From an uncultured virus (IMG/VR IMGVR_UViG_3300042328_001905) (Duplodnaviria; Heunggongvirae; Uroviricota; Caudoviricetes), in the IMG/VR virus record IMGVR_UViG_3300042328_001905: a DNA stretch of 64,000 nt, one strand, 5' to 3'. The notes under the pieces were generated by a model, which was not told the origin of the DNA, searched no databases, and saw only the letters and a program-made list of their open reading frames with translations. Both the position numbers and the translations under genes were made by a program. Shown here one piece after another: positions 8,964-17,689 of the stretch; position 1 is the first letter of the stretch, and each line of letters starts with the position of its first letter.

Positions 8964-9164
8964 CTAGGAAAGAAATTCTTTAAATAATTTTTCCGTTGCA
9001 GGATCATCGAATATAATATCAATTTTTGTTGATGGATGAACACATTTACCCTGCCCATTTACACCAGTTGACAGGGTAGTTCTTTCAACATTCAACGGGA
9101 TTTCGGTAAAAGTGTTACCATATGATAAAAAATTTTTAAACCGTATTTTTTCAAAAATAACCAT
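8964..9164 (-). CDS. gp46: gp46 N-terminal part (40 aa) fused to an N-intein (26 aa)
   Basis: IRFKNFLSYGN and Walker A GVNGQGK directly followed by intein block A CVHPSTKIDI. Confidence 0.93.
   Translation of the reverse strand: MVIFEKIRFKNFLSYGNTFTEIPLNVERTTLSTGVNGQGKCVHPSTKIDIIFDDPATEKLFKEFLS
8967..9044 (-). mobile_element. split intein N-fragment (IntN, 26 aa)
   Basis: Cys1 codon TGT at 9044-9042; CVHPSTKIDIIFDDPATEKLFKEFLS then stop. Confidence 0.88.
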
Positions 9165-10229
9165 TACTCAACCTGCATCGCTTCATTATACAAATTAGAC
9201 ATCATACCTTTTAATTTATTTTTATCTAATTCTTGTTGATTTATACTATCAATATATTTGTAGGTGATAGTTAAAGTATCATCTGTTTCGTCCACATCTT
9301 CTTCAATTTCAATATCAACTATTTCTTCGGTTAATGAAACATCAATAGGGGAATGTTGATAGACTTGATCTATGAATAAATCAAATAGATAAGGATTTGT
9401 TTTGTTTTTTACCTGAATCTTAACATATTTCCCAATAACATTTTTTAAATATTCTTTATCTAAATATGTTGATTTAACAATATCAGTTTCACCTGAATCA
9501 TCATAAAGTATTTTACAAAATATTGAATATGGATTTTCAATAATTTCTAAAGACCTAGTTTCTAAATCGTAAACTCTAAAACCTTTTTGATCACCAAAAT
9601 CTTGCCAAGTCATTTCATAGGGAGTACCAATATATTCAATATTACCACGTTTAGATGCGTGATGATAATGACCAGACAATACTCGTTCATAATTAGAAAA
9701 CATTTTTACAGATAAACCATGTTCAGATAAAATGCTACTCTGATACATTTTAAACCCTTCAATCTCAAAGTGGCCAACGCACATATGGGAAGTGTCGTTT
9801 TTAATAAATTTTAAACAGTCATCATAATTTTCTTTGCATATCCATGGGATAACAGAAATATCAAATTTCTTTAACTGAGTTGGGTTTTTTATTACATTGA
9901 CATTTTTAAACTGTTTTAAAAACAATTCACTGGAACTAACTGATAAAGATTCTTTATAAAATAAATCGTGATTACCGAGTAATGTTTCTAATTCAATACC
10001 AAGTTCACCAAACCTAGAAAAGAAATATCGTTTAGATTCAGATAAAGTATAATGATTACTATATTTTCTGCGATCAAAAATATCACCTAATTGGATTACA
10101 ATTTTTATATTATTTTCTATAAGATAGGGAAAAAATACATTTGTATAGAATAGATCAAAAAATTCATGGAAATGTTGACTATCACCTCTAGCACCGAAAA
10201 TGGGTGTCACCTAAGAAACAAATTTTCAT
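9164..10229 (-). CDS. gp47: gp47 (Mre11/SbcD-like nuclease) with a 1-nt frameshift after codon 11
   Basis: AAGGAGG RBS then MKICFLGDTHF from 10229 in one frame; GARGDS, LGDIFDRRK, LLGNHD and SGHYH continue in the +1 frame. Confidence 0.9.
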
Positions 10230-10303
10230 AGCGACATACCTCCTTATTAAGTTAAAATATTAAAAATAAATAGTTACTGTAATTAAATATTTTTGGATAT
10301 ATT

Positions 10304-10340
10304 ATGAAAAATTATTGCGTCTATATCATACATTATTCCT
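10304..10340 (+). pseudogene. possible relic 5' end of a GIY-YIG-like endonuclease gene
   Basis: AATAAATA (10265-10272), GGA, then MKNYCVYIIHYS running into the antisense of the gp55 end. Confidence 0.35.
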
Positions 10341-10989
10341 CCATGAATTTTTCTACACCAATAATTTTTTGCTTTTTGGGTGTAACAGCTTTATTAATTT
10401 TTTTAAATTCAGTTTCTTCAAATTTTTGAATAAAATCATACATATTATCATATACTTCTATCTGTTTTATTTGACCATCACCTAGTTCCAGTAATTCAGC
10501 TTCATCTAATATACCGAAGTTTTCTGTTGCTTTATATTTAATATATTGTTGTTTTTTTTCTTTCTGAATCCTACGAACAAAACACCACCAAAGAATTTGA
10601 GTAAAATAAGCAAATGGATTTTTAGTTTTTTCAGGGTTAAAATTTTGAAAGTATGTTAAACAATTCTCAATCCCATCAGCAATCATTTCATCTTTATAAG
10701 AATATCCGAAAAAATTTGGACGACGCGCTAAACCCTCGGCTAATTTCATAAAACATTCGCCAATATAATTCGGTATCCTTGGTTTGGATTTTCCTTCAGT
10801 TTCAGCAACAATACAATCTTCTTTATACTTTATAAGAGCATCACAAAAATCAGAATTATTAATATAATTTCTAGGAACTTTTTTTCTTTTGGAGGGTTGT
10901 ATTTTTTCTTCAGGCTCTTCAAAAATTTCTTCAACTAGTTCCGGAATATCTTCCTCAACGATATCAAAATCAAATTTCAACTCTTCCAT
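10333..10989 (-). CDS. gp55: late-transcription sigma factor gp55
   Basis: NYINNSDF, IPNYIGECFMKLAEGLARRPNF, NPFAYFTQI, RRIQKEKKQ. Confidence 0.95.
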   Translation of the reverse strand: MEELKFDFDIVEEDIPELVEEIFEEPEEKIQPSKRKKVPRNYINNSDFCDALIKYKEDCIVAETEGKSKPRIPNYIGECFMKLAEGLARRPNFFGYSYKDEMIADGIENCLTYFQNFNPEKTKNPFAYFTQILWWCFVRRIQKEKKQQYIKYKATENFGILDEAELLELGDGQIKQIEVYDNMYDFIQKFEETEFKKINKAVTPKKQKIIGVEKFMEE

Positions 10990-11131
10990 AATAACTCCAA
11001 TTACACTTTAATAAATTTTATTATACTATGATTCAGTAAAAAAAGAAAGCTTTTTATTTTATTCTATAAAACATATTAATATAATTTTAATATATCAACG
11101 CTTGACTAGAGAATATACAAGTATCTAGAAA

Positions 11132-11144
11132 AATCAATAACTTA
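11132..11144 (+). promoter_or_regulatory. IHF-consensus site
   Basis: AATCAATAACTTA matches WATCAANNNNTTR exactly. Confidence 0.45.
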
Positions 11145-11155
11145 CAAAAAATAGC

Positions 11156-11184
11156 TTGCTTTATTAAAAGTTTTAGGTTACTAT
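11156..11184 (+). promoter_or_regulatory. sigma70-like promoter facing the hairpin cluster, antisense to the flanking genes
   Basis: TTGCTT-17-TACTAT; the spacer end TTTAGGT recurs in other promoters here (56296-56324, 60977-61005). Confidence 0.5.
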
Positions 11185-11248
11185 ACAACTATGGGTTTTC
11201 TTCGGAACTCCTTCGTCGTTCCTTCGAAACATAATTAATGTAACAAAT

Positions 11249-11290
11249 TAGATTTCTGCGCAGCAGATTCCCGTAGGGAATTAAATTAAT
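11249..11290. repeat. 42-bp double-hairpin element, copy 1
   Basis: CTGC-GCA-GCAG and ATTCCC-GTA-GGGAAT; reverse complement matches 59759-59800 at 35/42 positions. Confidence 0.85.
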
Positions 11291-11304
11291 CGTACTTGAT
11301 TACG

Positions 11305-11694
11305 TTAATGCATTGTTGTATCATCTGGAATATCTAAATCGCTACCTGATTTAATCCCATCAATACTTTCTTGGATTTTTGCTGCTAGTTCCGAAGTTGG
11401 ATCCATATTTTGTAGTAATGCATCTAGGTATTCATACCCAAACATAATACTTGAATAAGTTGTAAATAGAATTTCATCCATTGAAAAATAAACTTCTTGA
11501 TAAGCAAAAGCTTTTCTTGTCATCCAATCTACTAAAACCAAATCTTCTTCTTCGGTATCAGTGTCATAATTAAAATAAAAAGTTTTAGGGAATTTTAAGT
11601 GTATTTTTTTATTTTTATAATCTTCAAAAACAAAAGCAATAATATCTTCACCGCTTTTCATTCTAACAATTTTTATATTAAAATTTTCTATCAT
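11305..11694 (-). CDS. hypothetical protein downstream of uvsW
   Basis: 129-aa ORF with GAGGA RBS; IKIVRMKSGEDIIA start typical of small T4-like phage proteins. Confidence 0.7.
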   Translation of the reverse strand: MIENFNIKIVRMKSGEDIIAFVFEDYKNKKIHLKFPKTFYFNYDTDTEEEDLVLVDWMTRKAFAYQEVYFSMDEILFTTYSSIMFGYEYLDALLQNMDPTSELAAKIQESIDGIKSGSDLDIPDDTTMH

Positions 11695-11723
11695 AATATC
11701 CTCAATTAACTAACATCATATAA

Positions 11724-13235
11724 TTATATAGGGGGAATATTTAATTCAACATTAACAATTTTAAAATCAAATTTTTCTTCATTATAAATTTTGATACGTT
11801 CTTGGAAATGAGTCATAGTATAATTTTGATGCTTTTTATACCTTAAATCATCAGCTAAATCATATAAGATAGCTTTATCTTTATTTTCATTTAATCTTAA
11901 TACTCGACCAATTGCTTGAAGATTTCTAACTCTTGATTTACTTGGACTAGCAAAAATAATATTATGTAAATTTTTAATATTAGTTCCAGTAGAAACTGTA
12001 CCAACACTACCAATTAAAATAACATTATCTTGAGTTTCCATTGCTTTCCTAATAGATTCCCTTTCCTCAGCTTTTATATTTCCATGTATATAATAAATTT
12101 GTTTATCGGCTGCATATTTTGATTTAGAAATTAAATCGTATAATACATCTCCATGTTTCTCAACATATTGGTAGAGTAATAATGTATTACCTTTTAAACT
12201 AAGAACTAAATTTTTTATAAATTTATTTCGTTGTTCATTAGAAATTAAATATTCTAATTCTTGTTGATATTTTAATTTCTGTGTTAATTTAGTTAAGTGT
12301 TCTGGATATTTTAAAACAAGACATTTAATGGCTAATTCGGTAACCTGTTTTTTCTCCATTAATTCTTTAGTTGTTATAACCCGTTTAACTGGGCCAAATA
12401 AACTTTCTAATTGAAGAGAATGTATTTTTTGACCATTTAATGTACCTGTAACACCAACTCTATAGTCAGCATTAACGCATTTAGATATAATATCAGTTAA
12501 CGATTTGGCTGCAGCTAAATGACATTCATCAGTTAATACAAAATCGAATTGTTCGAAATACGATTTATCTTTTATATTTTGTAATGATTGCCATGTACTA
12601 ATATATAGCGAATTGCGGGCTACTTTATCTTTACCTGCAAAGATAGTGTGAATTTCATTATGAGCGTCCCAACCATTATGTGAAGAATAATCTGCAAAAT
12701 CTGATGTTAACTGATGACATAAACTTGTATTTGGAACTAATAATAAACCTTTTTTCTTTCCATATTGAAGTAAATATCTAACTATAATATACAGAATGCA
12801 ACTTTTCCCGCTGGAAGTTGGACTCAATAAAACTAATCTTTTATTGTTGAGAAAATTTAACACTCCATTAAATTGATAATCTCTAACTTCAATTTTATTG
12901 TTATTAGAATGTATATTTAATTCGGAAATAAATTTATGTAATTCTAAAGATTGGACCGGATTATAATTTTCAACATAATTATATTCAATAGAATATTCCC
13001 TGTCTTTACAAAATGCTTCAAGTTGGTTTAATAAACCCATATAAAATTCAACATCACCATTTGGTAATATTTTGGCTAGACGAATTTTTCCATCCCATAA
13101 CCTGCTTTTATAAGCAGCCATGAACTTATACCCAGTTGCATAGAATGAAAAATAATCATTCAATTCTTGTGCAATTGATCTATCGCAGTGTAAAAATGCG
13201 TATGTTTCATTTATTTTATTGACTTCAATAATCAT
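11724..13235 (-). CDS. uvsW: UvsW SF2 DNA helicase
   Basis: WDGKIRL, RDYQ, SPTSSGKS, STWQSL, DECH, LQAIGRVLR. Confidence 0.95.
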   Translation of the reverse strand: MIIEVNKINETYAFLHCDRSIAQELNDYFSFYATGYKFMAAYKSRLWDGKIRLAKILPNGDVEFYMGLLNQLEAFCKDREYSIEYNYVENYNPVQSLELHKFISELNIHSNNNKIEVRDYQFNGVLNFLNNKRLVLLSPTSSGKSCILYIIVRYLLQYGKKKGLLLVPNTSLCHQLTSDFADYSSHNGWDAHNEIHTIFAGKDKVARNSLYISTWQSLQNIKDKSYFEQFDFVLTDECHLAAAKSLTDIISKCVNADYRVGVTGTLNGQKIHSLQLESLFGPVKRVITTKELMEKKQVTELAIKCLVLKYPEHLTKLTQKLKYQQELEYLISNEQRNKFIKNLVLSLKGNTLLLYQYVEKHGDVLYDLISKSKYAADKQIYYIHGNIKAEERESIRKAMETQDNVILIGSVGTVSTGTNIKNLHNIIFASPSKSRVRNLQAIGRVLRLNENKDKAILYDLADDLRYKKHQNYTMTHFQERIKIYNEEKFDFKIVNVELNIPPI

Positions 13236-13675
13236 CAGTTTCCTGCCAAGAATCTATGGTAAGTAAGATACTCTCTGAGTTGCCAAGTTCTGTTGTTTAA
13301 TTCTTTTAAAATAGATTCACAAATAAAAATGCACTCTTCATAGTATGCTTTTTTTTCTAATAATCTAATTAAGTAATCATCAGATTCTAGATATAAATCT
13401 ATATTCCCTTTTGTCCCAATTTTTAAATCAAATTGTTCCCAATTATATTCGTCTAATGTTTCTTTATCTAAATTTCCTAGATAATATTCTCTACGAATTT
13501 TTTTCATCTTAGAATAATCGAATTTTGCTTTTTGCGCAGCAAGTCTATGTTGAGATAAAATTTCAACATATTTCGCATGTAGGATTGGTGTGTTGATTAA
13601 TTCTTGGTGAGGTTTCGATTCATCAATCTGTCCATCTTTTTTCCAATATTCAATTATTTGCTCAAGCTTTACCAT
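13235..13675 (-). CDS. uvsY: UvsY recombination mediator
   Basis: WKKDGQID, PILHAKY, EYYLG, LKELNNRTWQL; adjacent to uvsW. Confidence 0.88.
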   Translation of the reverse strand: MVKLEQIIEYWKKDGQIDESKPHQELINTPILHAKYVEILSQHRLAAQKAKFDYSKMKKIRREYYLGNLDKETLDEYNWEQFDLKIGTKGNIDLYLESDDYLIRLLEKKAYYEECIFICESILKELNNRTWQLREYLTYHRFLAGN

Positions 13676-13708
13676 AAAAATCTCACATATTAAAATAATA
13701 TATAGGTT

Positions 13709-14239
13709 TTAAATTCTGGTAATATCGTATCTTTTAAATTTAAAATTAGCAGTTGCAGTTATTGTGTGTTCAGAACCCAATCTAATATCCAAAGGTACTT
13801 GTGATAACGATATTGGAAACATATCAATAAAGTGTACTTTCATTTTAGGGGTATTATTTGCAGCTAAGATAGTTAGCTCAGCATCTGCGTATTGTGGGTA
13901 TGGTACGTTCTCGCTGTATTTTGATGCATGGTTTAAATTTGTGTATTCACTAAATTCTGTTGGAAAAGTAATCCCTCTCATCCAATCATGTACTGCCATC
14001 CAAGATTGAATTTCCTCATCAACCAAAAATTCAATATTAAATGGTTCATAAACAAGTTTATCGCCAGGAATACTTAAATCCGAAAATGGAGTATTTTGTA
14101 ATGTATTTTGAGTTGATAGTCCAGGAATATTTACTGATTGACAAAAAAATTGAGTTGATGTTAATCTTGGGAATGATAGTATAAATTTTGCTGATTGTAA
14201 TAGATCGTTGTTACAAACAGATGTATCTTTAATTGTCAT
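13709..14239 (-). CDS. gp3: tail completion / tube terminator protein
   Basis: FFCQSVNIPG, PGDKLVYEPFNIEFLVDE, FIDMFPISLS; late promoter TATAAATA at 14271-14278. Confidence 0.88.
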   Translation of the reverse strand: MTIKDTSVCNNDLLQSAKFILSFPRLTSTQFFCQSVNIPGLSTQNTLQNTPFSDLSIPGDKLVYEPFNIEFLVDEEIQSWMAVHDWMRGITFPTEFSEYTNLNHASKYSENVPYPQYADAELTILAANNTPKMKVHFIDMFPISLSQVPLDIRLGSEHTITATANFKFKRYDITRI

Positions 14240-14302
14240 TGAGAAATCCTTTCCAAATGGAGTTTACAGGTATTTATAAATTCTAAATAGATTAAAAATC
14301 CC

Positions 14303-14331
14303 TTTACTTTTTTCAACATGTAATGTATAAT
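14303..14331 (+). promoter_or_regulatory. sigma70-type promoter for the dioxygenase-kinase cassette
   Basis: TTTACT-17-TATAAT followed by GGAG RBS. Confidence 0.7.
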
Positions 14332-14370
14332 AAACTTGTTGAATGTTTTTTTAAAATGATGGAGTTATAG

Positions 14371-15753
14371 ATGGTACAAGTAGTAGTTTTAAGGCCAGAA
14401 GAAGTCAAACCAAGACCGGATTTAGTCGGGAAATGGTTAGACCATACACATTATCACACTTTAGTGGAAGAAGATTTTGATTTATATCTTCCTCCTGAAT
14501 GTTCAGATTTTACCGCAGAAGAAAATTGTGATAGAAATATGGTATGTAATTCATGTACTAAAGGATTAACAGAAAAAAATATTGTTTTTAAGTTTAGAAA
14601 AAATTTCTTTAATAAAGAAGAAGCAGCAGCTGCATATGCCGGTTTAAGGGATGCTGCGGTAGAAACTCAAAATAGAGGTATGGCAGGTGGTCCAAGAGAT
14701 GGAACCTGTGCTGGTAGAGAATGGGTTAAAGATGAACAATTCGATATTCTTGAATTTTTCATTAAAAATAACTCAAAAGATATTTTCGGTAATTATGACC
14801 CAAAAAAAGAAATTGATTCAATTAGAGCGAAATATAAAACTTTAAAGTCAGATGAAAGTCGCGGAGTTGTTTGGTTAGCTGAAAAAGTCAAACAGAATAA
14901 TTTTGTATTTAATGAATTTGCTGATGCTCTTTGTTCAGAATCTCCAGAAATAGCTAAAGAAAGAGCTCAAGATATTTTGGATAACTATATCAGCAAAACA
15001 ACTTATGCTAATGTTGTTAATTCTGGAATTGCTGGTTGGTATGATAGATACCCTAGGATTCCATGGGGAAGAGCAACTTCTTATACAAGAGATAATCCAG
15101 AAAAGTTTGCTAAAGCATATCCTTTTCTACAATCCTTAGCTAAAGGATTTAATGATATGTTGCCTTGGCGATATGGAAACCAAAAACGTGCTGCTGAATC
15201 TATTGATCCGAAATTTGTTGTTCCTGAAACTCCATTTACAACAATTACAGTAAATAAAAATTTTAGAACAGCTGGTCATTATGACCCTGCTAATATGGAA
15301 GACGGTTTTGCTAATCTTTGTGTGATGTCTAATAATGATGCATTTGAGGGTTGTTATTTGGTTTTTCCTGAGGTTGGGTATGCGGTAAATATTCGACCAA
15401 CAGATTTATTATTGGTAAATAATCAAGCTGGTTTACATGGTAATACAGAATTAATATTAAATGATCCGGATGCTGAGAGAATTTCTATTATTGCTTTTTT
15501 CCATGAAGGTATGTTAGAACTTGGGTCATTTGATTATGAAAATACTCGTAGAGAATTTGTTGACTCTAGAAGATTAAATCCTGATCATCCGGAACAAAGA
15601 TTTAGATGGAATGGAATTAGTCCAGGGTTGTGGGATTCGGATGAATGGATTGATTATTTGTTGACCCAACCAAACGGTAAAGATTGGTTACAACAATATC
15701 ATAAAAATTTATATGATCGTAGATTTGGTAATAGTATTGATGCATTCTTTTAA
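14371..15753 (+). CDS. 2OG-Fe(II) dioxygenase, TET/JBP-like
   Basis: FTTITVNKNFRTAGHYD (HxD), GCYLVFPE, DLLL, LHGNT (distal His), RISII (2OG-binding Arg). Confidence 0.8.
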   Translation: MVQVVVLRPEEVKPRPDLVGKWLDHTHYHTLVEEDFDLYLPPECSDFTAEENCDRNMVCNSCTKGLTEKNIVFKFRKNFFNKEEAAAAYAGLRDAAVETQNRGMAGGPRDGTCAGREWVKDEQFDILEFFIKNNSKDIFGNYDPKKEIDSIRAKYKTLKSDESRGVVWLAEKVKQNNFVFNEFADALCSESPEIAKERAQDILDNYISKTTYANVVNSGIAGWYDRYPRIPWGRATSYTRDNPEKFAKAYPFLQSLAKGFNDMLPWRYGNQKRAAESIDPKFVVPETPFTTITVNKNFRTAGHYDPANMEDGFANLCVMSNNDAFEGCYLVFPEVGYAVNIRPTDLLLVNNQAGLHGNTELILNDPDAERISIIAFFHEGMLELGSFDYENTRREFVDSRRLNPDHPEQRFRWNGISPGLWDSDEWIDYLLTQPNGKDWLQQYHKNLYDRRFGNSIDAFF

Positions 15754-15761
15754 GGTAAAAT

Positions 15762-16301
15762 ATGAGAAAAATTTTAGCAGTGATTGGTCGTCCAGGGGTT
15801 GGTAAAACAACCCTTTTTAGAAAATTTATTGAACACAAAGAATGGGAAAAACAAGAACTTGTTAAATTAGTTCCTAGTCTGTATAATAAAGAATTAGATT
15901 TACATATTCTAGGTAAATATGAAGATGGTGAAGTATTTGCTGGTACAGATAGAATGAGTATGGCAGTAATGCCTGCAGCTGTTGAATTTGTAAAATCAGT
16001 AAACTCAAATATTATTTTTGAGGGAGATAGGTTAACAAGTTCAACGTTCTTTGATTTATTATCTTCTTTACCCGATACAGATTTTCAAATTTTTGTTATT
16101 ACAGCAAATGAAGATTTATTATCAGAAAGATACGAAGAGCGTGGATCTAATCAATCAGAAACTTTCTTAAAAGGTAGAAATACTAAAATTTCAAATATAC
16201 AAACAAATATGGAATTTATGTTTATTTCTGAAACTTTTTTTAATAATAATTTTGATGATCAAACAGTTATTCTTGGTAGGATAGAACAATTCTTTAAGTA
16301 A
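15762..16301 (+). CDS. P-loop nucleotide kinase of the type linked to phage base modification
   Basis: IGRPGVGKTT, LGKY, FAGTDRMSMAV, FEGDRL, RYEERGSNQSETFLKGR. Confidence 0.75.
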   Translation: MRKILAVIGRPGVGKTTLFRKFIEHKEWEKQELVKLVPSLYNKELDLHILGKYEDGEVFAGTDRMSMAVMPAAVEFVKSVNSNIIFEGDRLTSSTFFDLLSSLPDTDFQIFVITANEDLLSERYEERGSNQSETFLKGRNTKISNIQTNMEFMFISETFFNNNFDDQTVILGRIEQFFK

Positions 16302-16304
16302 AAG

Positions 16305-16328
16305 AAAAGGGAGCCGAAGCTCCCTTTT
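16305..16328. terminator. bidirectional intrinsic terminator between the kinase and gp23
   Basis: AAAAGGGAGC-CGAA-GCTCCCTTTT between convergent genes. Confidence 0.9.
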
Positions 16329-16352
16329 TGTTTCATCCTTGAAACTTAACTA

Positions 16353-17651
16353 TTACATCAAATTTTTCACTGCAAAAATTCTGTAATAGTTGTTGCTACG
16401 AGGAGTAATAGCACCCAAGCCTTGAGTTAAACCTTCAGCGAATGGGTTTGCTACGATACCGTAACGAGTTTTGAAACCAATTTTTGGTTGGAAAGTACCT
16501 GGATCAACCGCACGAACCATTTGTAAAGGAACGTATGGGCAGTAGAAAATACCTGAGTCATAAGGGCTTGTACCTTTATAACCAACAGTTACTAATTCTA
16601 CGTTTTGAGCAGAACCACCAAAATATGGATCGATGTAAACTTTGATGCGACCATGTAACAAACCAGCGAAGGTGTTACCAGTATCATCAACAGTTAAATC
16701 AGCACTTAAAGCAGGAGTATATTGTAATACACCAGCCATAGCTAACGCTGAAGCAACGTCTGAAGAAACGATCAAAATGTTACCTTTACCACGACGAGTT
16801 GCTTTTGCGATTTGATTCGCTTCGCGTTCGATATGATAAATTAAACCTTTAAATCTTTCAACTGACCAACGGCCATTAGAGTCTGTATCTAAATCGAAAA
16901 CACCTGAAGTAACAGTACCGAATTGAGCACCTGGTTTTGCAACTGTGTAGATAGTACGAATAACTTCACGGTTCATTTCAGCTAAGATTTCTGTAGACAG
17001 AATATTTGATAATTCTGTTTCAGCATCTAAACCATGAACCGCTTTCAAGTCTTGTGCCATTTCTAAACTGTATTCAGCTTTTAATGCGCGAGTTTTTGCA
17101 GAAACAGTAACTTTCTCGATTGAGATAGCCATTTGAGCAAACGCAGCATCCAATGCTTCACCAGTAGCAGTAGCCATACCAACACCAGTATCAAATGATG
17201 TGTTAGCTAAAGGACCAGTTGAGCCAACAGCTGAGTTAGCAATACCGCTTGGAACTGTACCATTAGTACCAACAATACCTGAGAAGATAGTGTTAGCTTC
17301 GTTGTAGAATGCTTCATCACCTGATTGTGTGCCATAACGTGAACGTAAAGCAAAGATCAAACCAGTAGGACCAGTCATTGGCTGAACGCCAGCAACGTCA
17401 TACGCGATCAAGTTAGGTAATGCACGACGAACCAAGCTGATTAAGATAGGATCAAAGTTAGAAATACCACCAGCAACGTTAGTTGGAGCAGTTTCGTTCA
17501 AAGTTTGACGATCTTGTTCCATTGCGATTTGTTGATTTTCCAATACAATAGCAGTAACTGCTTTTTTGTATGGATCAGCGATTTTAGCCATTTCAGGATG
17601 TTCCAAAATTGGACTCCATTTAGCTTCTAATTCTTCATTTAATAAAGCCAT
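16353..17651 (-). CDS. gp23: major capsid protein
   Basis: LISLVRRALPNLIAYD, GVQPMTGPTGLIFA, RALKAEYSLE, FQPKIGFKTRYG. Confidence 0.98.
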   Translation of the reverse strand: MALLNEELEAKWSPILEHPEMAKIADPYKKAVTAIVLENQQIAMEQDRQTLNETAPTNVAGGISNFDPILISLVRRALPNLIAYDVAGVQPMTGPTGLIFALRSRYGTQSGDEAFYNEANTIFSGIVGTNGTVPSGIANSAVGSTGPLANTSFDTGVGMATATGEALDAAFAQMAISIEKVTVSAKTRALKAEYSLEMAQDLKAVHGLDAETELSNILSTEILAEMNREVIRTIYTVAKPGAQFGTVTSGVFDLDTDSNGRWSVERFKGLIYHIEREANQIAKATRRGKGNILIVSSDVASALAMAGVLQYTPALSADLTVDDTGNTFAGLLHGRIKVYIDPYFGGSAQNVELVTVGYKGTSPYDSGIFYCPYVPLQMVRAVDPGTFQPKIGFKTRYGIVANPFAEGLTQGLGAITPRSNNYYRIFAVKNLM

Positions 17652-17689
17652 TTAAATTAACTCCTTTTATTTTTATTTTAAAATATTAT

